Assembly: GCA_037441385.1 (NCBI GenBank)
Contig: JBBISH010000120.1
Span: 1 to 18,669 of the forward strand
DNA length: 18,669 nucleotides
Source: Myxococcales bacterium
Lineage (GTDB): Bacteria > Myxococcota_A > UBA9042
Direction of reading: 5' to 3'
The notes under the pieces were generated by a model. The model was not told where the DNA came from. It searched no databases and saw only the letters and a program-made list of their open reading frames with translations. The translations under genes and the position numbers were made by a program. Position 1 is the stretch's first letter. Every line of letters begins with the position of its first letter. This document shows positions 1 through 6,224 of this stretch, piece by piece.

Positions 1-94
1 GTCAAAGGACTACGAAGAGACGATCGCAAGCAGCAAGGCCTGGATGACGCTCGCCATGATTCGCCTCATCACGGCACGGCTCGGGGCTGAATAA
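1..94 (+). CDS. IS5-family (IS1031-like) transposase, C-terminal fragment (starts before the window)
   Basis: Frame +2 reads SKDYEETIASSKAWMTLAMIRLITARLGAE*, matching the RRLSKDYE...LAMIRLM..RL C-terminus typical of IS5/IS1031 transposases. Stop TAA at 92-94. Confidence 0.85.
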   Translation, partial: SKDYEETIASSKAWMTLAMIRLITARLGAE

Positions 95-109
95 TATGTA
101 CACACCCTC
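1..109 (+). mobile_element. Right end of an IS5-family insertion sequence
   Basis: TATGTACACACCCTC (95-109) follows the stop; its reverse complement starts GAG, as IS1031-group ends do. TGA at 110-112 fits a TNA target site. The left end is outside the window. Confidence 0.7.
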
Positions 110-210
110 TGAGTTGTCCCGACTCGCTCGAGTCGGTGTTGCGCTCGCTACCTGGGGTCCAAACGGTCGTGTGGGCACACAGTGCGCTGACCGAACTGGG
201 CTGATATGCG

Positions 211-266
211 CCCTGGTTCGGGCTCAAAGAACTACCTAAGCTTCCGATCCGAATGCGAACGGCTGG
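211..266 (+). repeat. Degenerate partial copy (right half) of repeat family A
   Basis: CCCTGGTTCGGGCTCAAAGAACTACCTAAGCTTCCGATCCGAATGCGAACGG aligns with CCCCGGTTCGGGCCCGAAGAATTGCCCGAGTTTTCGATCCGATTCGGACGG of the 2547-2678 copy. Confidence 0.7.
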
Positions 267-270
267 GGCG

Positions 271-546
271 TCACTGCTTCTCGCGGCGCTGCTGGTCGTC
301 GTCCGCGGGCGCGTCGCCGCCGTGCCAGTTGCGAAATCGCTCCAGGAGCTCGGTCTTGACCGCTGCCGGGATCGGCTCCTCGGGCAGCTTGCCCGTCAGG
401 CGCACGGTCTGGCGCACCTGCTTGAGATACATGCGACAATTTCGGCACATACCGACGTGCATCTGAAACGCCAGCCGCTGGCCCAGGCCCAGGCGGCCTT
501 CCAGGTACTCGGTTACCAGCTCCGTGAGCTGCGCACAGGTCATCAT
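271..546 (-). CDS. Zinc-finger (zf-HC2/ZAS) anti-sigma factor
   Basis: MTCAQLTELVTEYLEG...HVGMCRNC has an N-terminal Cys plus HxxxCxxC. ATGA overlap with the upstream sigma gene. Confidence 0.9.
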   Translation of the reverse strand: MMTCAQLTELVTEYLEGRLGLGQRLAFQMHVGMCRNCRMYLKQVRQTVRLTGKLPEEPIPAAVKTELLERFRNWHGGDAPADDDQQRREKQ

Positions 547-1169
547 GGCGTGCTCCCCAACTGCGCAGCCAGCGCCGCCCGCAACCGCGTGCGCGCGCGA
601 TGCAGCAGCACCCGCTGATTGGTCTCGGTGATGCCCAAGAGGTTACAGACTTCGTCGCTTTCGAGCCCCTCGACATCGCGTAGCGTCACGACAAGACGCT
701 GGTTGGCCGGCAGTTCGGCGATCGCCCGCTCCAAATGGGCGACGAGCTGACGGTCCCCAAGCGCCGTCTCGGCGTCTTGCCACGCCACGGGAGGCTGCGC
801 CCAGCGGCCACGGGCATCGAAGCGGTCGGCGATCGCCGAGGTGGCGTAATCGTCCACGCTCATGTCGACCGGCAACATCCGGGCGTCGCGAACACCGCGA
901 GTACGCGCACGATTCGCCAGAATATGCAGCAGCCACGTCTTGAAGCGGGCCCTGCCCTCAAAGCGGTCGAGCCCACGCACCACGGCCAGCCAGGTGTCTT
1001 GGGCAACGTCTTCAGCGGCGGCAGGATCGCGGACGAACGCGCGGGCGGTGCGCAGCAGGGTGCTGTGATGCCGCCCGACCAGGGTAGCAAACGCCGCTTC
1101 CTCCCCGCCGCGAGCGCGCTCGACCAGTTCAAAGTCGTCGTCTGAGATGGTTTGTCGGGGCCGTACCAA
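543..1169 (-). CDS. ECF RNA polymerase sigma-70 factor
   Basis: Region 2 AEDVAQDTWLAVVRGLDRFEGRARFKTWLLHILANRAR and region 4 LPANQRLVVTLRDVEGLESDEVCNLLGITETNQRVLLHRAR. Start taken as TTG at 1169 behind GAGGAAAGAC (uncertain). Confidence 0.92.
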   Translation of the reverse strand: MVRPRQTISDDDFELVERARGGEEAAFATLVGRHHSTLLRTARAFVRDPAAAEDVAQDTWLAVVRGLDRFEGRARFKTWLLHILANRARTRGVRDARMLPVDMSVDDYATSAIADRFDARGRWAQPPVAWQDAETALGDRQLVAHLERAIAELPANQRLVVTLRDVEGLESDEVCNLLGITETNQRVLLHRARTRLRAALAAQLGSTP

Positions 1170-1260
1170 GTCTTTCCTCGCCCACTGCCTGCATCTGGAC
1201 CTCTCCAGGCTATACACAGTCGCGAGAAGGGTGCAAGCGCCGCCAATTCGTGCCTGGGTG

Positions 1261-1290
1261 TGTAACGCCTTTGCCGCTGGCGAGACCATA
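1261..1290 (+). promoter_or_regulatory. Possible ECF-sigma promoter for the cytochrome gene
   Basis: TGTAAC at 1261-1266 resembles ECF -35 elements and lies in the divergent sigma/cytochrome spacer. No clear -10 element. Confidence 0.25.
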
Positions 1291-1352
1291 CCGGCGAAGC
1301 TGCAGCGCGCCGGACCGCTGGGGTACGCCGCCGTTGCACGTAGGGAGTAATC

Positions 1353-2033
1353 ATGAATTCGAGTGCTTTGTGGATGTCCCGGACCCTCCGCTCTTTCTCC
1401 GCTGCCGCCCTGTGCACGGCGGCTTGTGCGGCCGCGCCGGTTGGGCTGGCGGGCTGCAGCGACTCCGCGTCGGCGACCGCGACCGATACCAGCGCGAGCA
1501 GCGCCGACACCGCAGGCAGCGGCGACAGCGCCAGCAGCAAGGACAGCGCCAGCAGCAAGGACAGTGCGGGCGGTGGCGATACGGCGATGACCATGCCGCC
1601 CACGGTCGAACCGTCGGCCGAGACCAAGGCCCTGTTCGATCAGATCAAGACCTACCACAGCTGGGACAAGTTCGCTGAGAACAACACCCCCAAGCTGTCG
1701 GACTCGCACATGAAGATGTGGGTCGTGACCTACTACAATACGGTGGTCAAGGACGCCATCGCCAACAAGACCCTGCCGCTGCCCGAGGGTGCGATCATCG
1801 TCAAAGACAACGGTAGCAGCGCCACCGACCCGATGCCGATGCCCACCATCATGGCCAAGAAGAATGGCAAGTGGTACTGGGTCGAGGGCACCCCCGACGG
1901 CAAGGTCGTGGTGGACGAGATGATGGACAAGGGCAAGCCGCTCGAAGGCTACGACGTCAAGATGTGCACCGGTTGCCACGGCGCGCAGAAGGACAAGAAC
2001 GACTGGATCTTCGTGCACGATTTCAGCAAGTAG
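1353..2033 (+). CDS. Cytochrome P460/c'-beta family c-type cytochrome, probable lipoprotein
   Basis: RBS AGGGAG, signal peptide with LAGC lipobox, Ser/Ala/Asp linker, LPEGAIIVKDN motif, and a C-terminal CTGCH heme-binding site followed by NDWIF. Confidence 0.8.
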   Translation: MNSSALWMSRTLRSFSAAALCTAACAAAPVGLAGCSDSASATATDTSASSADTAGSGDSASSKDSASSKDSAGGGDTAMTMPPTVEPSAETKALFDQIKTYHSWDKFAENNTPKLSDSHMKMWVVTYYNTVVKDAIANKTLPLPEGAIIVKDNGSSATDPMPMPTIMAKKNGKWYWVEGTPDGKVVVDEMMDKGKPLEGYDVKMCTGCHGAQKDKNDWIFVHDFSK

Positions 2034-2059
2034 CCGGGCGGGGTGTCGGGTGAGGTAGA

Positions 2060-2233
2060 ATGACGGCACCCGCCCGACGCACGCCATCTTGGTGATTGCC
2101 GACATCAGCGGCCACACCTCCTTTATCAAGCACAGAAATATCAGCTTGGTGCACGCGGAGGCGATCGTCACGGCGCTGCTCGACGCCGTGATCGATCGCG
2201 CCGAACGCCCCTCCCCTGCGCCTCGCCAAGTCA
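2060..2233 (+). pseudogene. DUF2652-like (nucleotide-cyclase-like) gene remnant
   Basis: AILVIADISGHTSFIKHRNISLVHAEAIVTALLDAVID resembles DUF2652 N-termini. The RBS-preceded ATG at 2060 is out of frame with it, there is a second shift near 2212, and the gene is cut off by a repeat at 2234. Confidence 0.6.
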
Positions 2234-2381
2234 TGTCGATTCCGTCTACATCGGCTCGAAAACTCCGGCAATTCTCCGGCCCCGAACCGGAGTTCGGACA
2301 AGACATTCTCCGCGCATCCGAGCCTGCGAATTCGGCGCGGCGAGTCGCTGTAGGCGCTTGTTTGCGACCCACTTGGGGCTA
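2234..2381 (-). repeat. Hybrid repeat: family B left arm joined to family A right arm
   Basis: The minus strand begins TAGCCCCAAGTGGGTCGCAAACAAGCGCCTACAGCGACTCGCCGCGCCGAA (cf. 13475-13525, 15837-15885) and ends CCGGTTCGGGGCCGGAGAATTGCCGGAGTTTTCGAGCCGATGTAGACGGAATCGACA (cf. 2622-2678). Confidence 0.75.
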
Positions 2382-2417
2382 TACATGCTGACGGAGATCG
2401 AACATCACCGTTATTTC

Positions 2418-2524
2418 GTCGCCGCGCGTCGGCCGACTAGGACGCGCGCTTGGCGACCCACCCAGCCCAAAGAACCCAGCACTGCGCCAAACCGATGACG
2501 TTAGACATCGGTCAGGCTGTATAG
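2418..2524 (+). repeat. Repeat family B, right part
   Basis: GCGCTTGGCGACCCAC...CCCAGCACTGCGCCAAACCGATGACGTTAGACATCGGTCAGGCTGTATAG aligns with 13541-13619. Confidence 0.8.
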
Positions 2525-2546
2525 AGCCGATCAGTTTGAACTTTCA

Positions 2547-2678
2547 TACGAACCCCGTCTGATTCACGCCTGTACGGCTTCTCTGAACCGGTCTGCAACC
2601 GGCGAGAATCAGGCGGGGACCCCGGTTCGGGCCCGAAGAATTGCCCGAGTTTTCGATCCGATTCGGACGGAACTGGTA
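2547..2678 (+). mobile_element. 132-bp MITE-like element (family A), full copy
   Basis: TACG...GGTA ends with imperfect terminal inverted repeats, flanked by TCA (2544-2546) and TCA (2679-2681). About 117/132 identical to 9251-9382 by manual alignment. Confidence 0.8.
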
Positions 2679-2716
2679 TCACAGGGAGCATCGCGTAGCT
2701 GTCGGGCCAGCGTGGC

Positions 2717-3061
2717 CTACGAACGGCCGGCGTTGCTTTCGCGCGGATGGGCCGCGGCCATGGCCGCCCGCAGACGCTGCTCCAATTCAGGCGTCAGGGT
2801 CGTGGCCGCCGGCTCGATGGGCTCGCGGACCAGAGTCCGCAGTTGCCGTTGGTGGTGTTCTTGGTCGCGGCAAAAGCCGCACGCCAGCCGGTGCAACGCC
2901 AGCTTGACCCGCACCCAGGTGCTGGGCGGGCGGTCCATCGCCGCCGATGCGAGCTGCTGAAACTGCTCACAGCTCAACCAAATCCACGGCATACGCTGGA
3001 TCATCCAGCGCTCGACGCGCACCATCAGCGTCGCGGGCGCACTAGGCTTCAGCTCGGTCAT
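2717..3061 (-). CDS. Zinc-finger (zf-HC2/ZAS) anti-sigma factor
   Basis: MTELKP...LSCEQFQQLASAAMDR...LALHRLACGFCR (C...HxxxCxxC). ATGA overlap with the sigma gene. Confidence 0.85.
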   Translation of the reverse strand: MTELKPSAPATLMVRVERWMIQRMPWIWLSCEQFQQLASAAMDRPPSTWVRVKLALHRLACGFCRDQEHHQRQLRTLVREPIEPAATTLTPELEQRLRAAMAAAHPRESNAGRS

Positions 3062-3618
3062 GACGCCCCCCAGTGCTGCTGCAGGCAGGTCCGCAAGTGC
3101 TGGCGCGCCCGATAAAGGAACACGGCGACGCTTTGCCGCGCCAGCCCCAGCAGCTCTGCGACCTCGTCTGGCTCCAACTCGTCCAACTCGCGCAAGACAA
3201 AGACGTCGCGAACTCGCTCGGGCAAGTGATCCAGGCACCGCTGAAGGTCTTGCCGCAGTTGGCGGCGCTCGACGGCATCGGCATGGCCCAACCGGCCAAG
3301 GCCCTGGTTGGGATTGCTCCGCCACAGGCCGTCGGCATCAAAGACCTGCCCGTCGTGCTCGTGCTCGGTGGGCGCTTGCGGCTGGGCGTCCGCTGGATGG
3401 CGGCGCTTCCAGCGGTAATGGTCGTAAATCTTGTGGCGCATGGTGGCAAACAGCCACGGCCGCAGCGGCGCGTCGACTCCCGTTGGCGGCTGCACGACCG
3501 CGGCAACCAAGACTTCTTGGAGAAGATCTTCGGCGGTCGCTTCATCCGCCACCCGCGCTCGGGCGTAGCGCAGCAGCGCTGGAGCTTCGGCAAGAATCGC
3601 CTGGTGACTCCACGTCAT
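3058..3618 (-). CDS. ECF RNA polymerase sigma-70 factor
   Basis: LLRYARARVADEATAEDLLQEVL, WLFATMRHKIYDHYR, and LDHLPERVRDVFVLRELDELEPDEVAELLGL...LYRAR. Confidence 0.92.
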   Translation of the reverse strand: MTWSHQAILAEAPALLRYARARVADEATAEDLLQEVLVAAVVQPPTGVDAPLRPWLFATMRHKIYDHYRWKRRHPADAQPQAPTEHEHDGQVFDADGLWRSNPNQGLGRLGHADAVERRQLRQDLQRCLDHLPERVRDVFVLRELDELEPDEVAELLGLARQSVAVFLYRARQHLRTCLQQHWGAS

Positions 3619-4471
3619 CGCCCCGCTCGCTCCCCTGCGCGTGGACCAGCCAACCGCGCGCTTGCCAGTGGTGGAACCAGCCCTGCAGCGGGCCGGCGTC
3701 CTTGTCTCGCAAGCGGCCTGCAGTGGTCAGTTGCCCCAGGGCCGTGGCGACACTGCGATTGTCCGCCACAGCGCGCAGTACGGCAAGCGGTCGGGGGGCA
3801 ATGGTTTCCACCGTGATTCGCCCGTTCGTGCGGAACACCACTAGGTTTTGGGGAGTTGCCACCTGCGCCGCCAACCGACGCCACACGCCAGGCTGCCACC
3901 AACGCCGATAGGCGGCCAAGATACTGTGCTCGGTCTGCAGTAGGTTCACGTGGGGCGCCAGCGCCACTTCAGCGGAAAACAGCTCGTCTGAGCGAATCGG
4001 CTGACCGTCTGCCGCCTCGAAGCATTGACACTCGGCCACCTCAAGGCGGGCCACGTCGAGCGCCAAGCCACGGATTGCTCCCAACTCTGGCCGTTTGGCG
4101 ACGAAATCGGGAAACTGGTTCGGCAGGTGCCGCAGGGTGGCACTGCTGGGCGGTCCGGCCAACAAGTAGGCCTCGAACAGCGCGTCGGCCCGGCGTTCGC
4201 CCAAGACCACGCGCAGCGCAGGTAGGTCCTCGCGCATCGAGTCGAGCAGCCGATACCAATACTGCCCGCGATACGTCTCTAGGCCTTCGGCGCGGCTCGA
4301 GAAAGGCAGATCAGCCAGCAGCGCTTCCGCGCGCCTCAAGACCGCCGGGTCGGGTTGGCGGTGGCCGGCGTCCAAGTCCGCGCGCTCCCGGCTGTCGCCG
4401 GTCAGCGGCTGCTGCAAGGCTGCGGCAAATTGCCGCTGAATCATCAGCAGATCATGGGGATCACGCGGCAT
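3542..4471 (-). CDS. DUF2063-like MNIO partner/chaperone protein (HvfC/BufC-like)
   Basis: QRQFAAALQQP, GLETYRGQYWYRLLDSMREDLPAL, PPSSATLRHLPNQFPDFV, DVARLE. Directly downstream of DUF692 and overlapping its stop. The start is one of three repeated ATGs (4471, 4486, 4501). Confidence 0.85.
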   Translation of the reverse strand: MPRDPHDLLMIQRQFAAALQQPLTGDSRERADLDAGHRQPDPAVLRRAEALLADLPFSSRAEGLETYRGQYWYRLLDSMREDLPALRVVLGERRADALFEAYLLAGPPSSATLRHLPNQFPDFVAKRPELGAIRGLALDVARLEVAECQCFEAADGQPIRSDELFSAEVALAPHVNLLQTEHSILAAYRRWWQPGVWRRLAAQVATPQNLVVFRTNGRITVETIAPRPLAVLRAVADNRSVATALGQLTTAGRLRDKDAGPLQGWFHHWQARGWLVHAQGSERGDDVESPGDSCRSSSAAALRPSAGGG

Positions 4472-5336
4472 GGGCCACCTCGGCATGAGCCACCTCGGCA
4501 TGAGCCAACTCGGCCGTGCGCTCCGGCGGCCAGTACTGGCGAGCCTTGGCGGCCTCTGCCAGCAATTCGCCCAGCGGCGGAATACGGGCGTCCCACTCCA
4601 GCAGGGTCGGCTTGGGGCCGCCAAGGGCCATCGCCTGGGCGTACAGGTCCCACACGGGCTCGGCAACAGGGTGGTCATGGGTATCGACCGGCAACTGCCG
4701 ATGCCGCGCGTGGCCCGCGATGTGGATCTGCCGCACTCGGTCGTGGGGCAAGGACGCGATGTACTCGGCGGGGTCAAAGCCGTGATGCAGCGCCGACACG
4801 TACACGTTATTGACATCCAAAAGGATTCCACAGTCCGCAGCCTCAACCACTTCGCTAAGAAACTGCCATTCGGTCAGCGTCGACTCGGCGTAGCCCACAT
4901 AGGAGCTCAGATTTTCGAGTAGGAACGGCCGGCCCAGCTCGCCCTGGACGCGCCGGGCCGCCTCGGCCACGTGGCGAACCACCGCAGGCGTGTAGGGCAG
5001 CGGCAACAAGTCGTGGCTGAAGTGGCCATCAACACTGCCCCAGCACAGGTGATCGCTCACCCACGGCACGTCCAGCTCGTTGGCCAGGCCCTTGACGGCC
5101 GCGAGGTGCCCAGGATCCACGCCCTGGGCCGAGCCGACGTACAGCCCAACACCGTGCATGACCAGGGAATAGTGCTGGCGGATGGCGGCCAAGTTGGCGC
5201 GGGCCACACCACCGGCTACCAAATAGTTTTCGCTAATGATCTCGAACCAATCGACGGCCGGGAGCGTGCGCAGAATCTCGGCAATGTGCACGGCGCGCAG
5301 TCCTACGCCGACGCTACGCTGGGCAATGGGCGACAT
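4461..5336 (-). CDS. DUF692 family multinuclear non-heme iron oxidative enzyme (MNIO)
   Basis: GVGLR, DWFEIISENY, MHGVGL, WVSDHLCW, HDLLPLPYT, LLENLSSY, LLDVNNVYV, QIHIAGH, VDTHD and LLEWD motifs. GGAGG RBS before ATG 5336. Confidence 0.96.
   Translation of the reverse strand: MSPIAQRSVGVGLRAVHIAEILRTLPAVDWFEIISENYLVAGGVARANLAAIRQHYSLVMHGVGLYVGSAQGVDPGHLAAVKGLANELDVPWVSDHLCWGSVDGHFSHDLLPLPYTPAVVRHVAEAARRVQGELGRPFLLENLSSYVGYAESTLTEWQFLSEVVEAADCGILLDVNNVYVSALHHGFDPAEYIASLPHDRVRQIHIAGHARHRQLPVDTHDHPVAEPVWDLYAQAMALGGPKPTLLEWDARIPPLGELLAEAAKARQYWPPERTAELAHAEVAHAEVAHAA
4467..4511. repeat. 15-bp tandem repeat x3 at the DUF692/DUF2063 junction
   Basis: GGCATGGGCCACCTC GGCATGAGCCACCTC GGCATGAGCCAACTC. 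Confidence 0.9.
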
Positions 5337-5451
5337 GAGCGGTCCTCCAGAGGGCGCCGCCCACCCCAGACGCTCGATCCGCCTGCCCCTGGCGATGGGC
5401 AAAACGGTCGAGCGTCGGGTGGGTCGTGAGCGGCCGGGTCAGCGGCCGAAA

Positions 5452-5808
5452 CTACTTGCCGTTGCAGCCGTCTTTGCCCGAGCAGTGGCTCTTCTCTTTG
5501 GCCGGCGCGGCGCCCTTGGCATCGGACTTGTCGCCGCCCTTGTCGGCGCCCTTGCAGCTGGCCTTGTCGCCCTTGCCCTTGCACGAGTGCTTGTCGCCGC
5601 CCTTGCAGCTGGCCTTGTCGCCCTTGCCCTTGCACGAGTGCTTGTCGCCGCCCTTGCAGCTGGCCTTGTCGCCCTTGGCTTTGCAGCCGGCCTTTTCGCT
5701 CTTGGGGGCGTCGGCGGCCTTGCCCTCGTCAGCGTGGGCAATCGCGGGAGCCGCGGCCAGTGCACCGGCCATCGCAGCAGTCAGCAAGGTCGTCAGAGTC
5801 TGATTCAT
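5452..5808 (-). CDS. Secreted Cys/Lys/Gly-rich MNIO RiPP precursor (118 aa, 8 Cys, SCKG repeats)
   Basis: GAGGA RBS. Signal peptide MNQTLTTLLTAAMAGALAAAPAIAHA, then KGDKASCKGGDKHSCKG repeats and C-terminal HCSGKDGCNGK. Immediately upstream of DUF692. Confidence 0.88.
   Translation of the reverse strand: MNQTLTTLLTAAMAGALAAAPAIAHADEGKAADAPKSEKAGCKAKGDKASCKGGDKHSCKGKGDKASCKGGDKHSCKGKGDKASCKGADKGGDKSDAKGAAPAKEKSHCSGKDGCNGK
5548..5677. repeat. Perfect 51-bp tandem repeat x~2.5 inside the precursor
   Basis: The unit GCCCTTGCAGCTGGCCTTGTCGCCCTTGCCCTTGCACGAGTGCTTGTCGCC starts at 5548, 5599 and (partial) 5650. Confidence 0.95.
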
Positions 5809-5985
5809 GTCCATGTCCTCGTCGGTCGGCATCGCGACCCGTTGTACTCGGTCCGGCGCCGCTGCCCCTTGCAGCGACTCACCCGCACCCACTGCTACGT
5901 CGCCGCGGGTCGCTGCCGATGAACAGCAGCCGCCGTACTTTTTTGCAGAGGTCGCATTTTTCTTGGACGCAAATGGAGCGCGTCC

Positions 5986-6128
5986 GACGAACCCCACCTG
6001 ATTCACACCTGTCCGGTTTCGGTGCGGTCCCGGTGACCCGATCTGCAACTGGCGAGAATCAGGCATGGATCCCGGTTCAAGGCCGAAGAATTGCCTGTGT
6101 TTTCGATCCGATTGGCACGGAACCGGTA
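5986..6128 (+). mobile_element. Family A MITE-like element, degenerate full-length copy (143 bp)
   Basis: GACGAACCCCACCTGATTCACACCTGT...GGCGAGAATCAGGC...TTTTCGATCCGATTGGCACGGAACCGGTA, with about 11 extra bases and no target duplication. Confidence 0.75.
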
Positions 6129-6185
6129 GGAGATGTCTCATCGCGAATTTCATCGCGAATTTCGGGGTTGTAGTCCTGGCGCACA

Positions 6186-6224
6186 GCCAAACCGATGACG
6201 TTCGCCATCGATCAGGCTGGAGAG
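6186..6224 (+). repeat. Repeat family B right-end fragment
   Basis: GCCAAACCGATGACGTTCGCCATCGATCAGGCTGGAGAG versus GCCAAACCGATGACGTTAGACATCGGTCAGGCTGTATAG at 2486-2524. Confidence 0.7.

Noticed and set aside
95..112. The IS5 element as the mobiliser of the family A MITE (both use TNA targets)
   Set aside because: The termini differ (GAG...CTC versus TAC...GTA), so there is no direct support.
1302..1326. GCAGCG(G)CGCCGGACCG shared between the cytochrome and precursor upstream regions
   Set aside because: Short, gapped and very GC-rich; cannot be told apart from chance.
1170..2372. 609-aa ORF extension upstream of the first sigma factor
   Set aside because: It is the antisense shadow of the cytochrome gene plus repeats; sigma similarity starts only near 1169.
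5548..5677. Possible CRISPR array
   Set aside because: The tandem units have no unique spacers and are in-frame coding. No cas genes or repeat-spacer arrays were seen anywhere in the window.
5965..5985. GGACGC/GCGTCC hairpin as a terminator
   Set aside because: No U-tract follows it on either strand.
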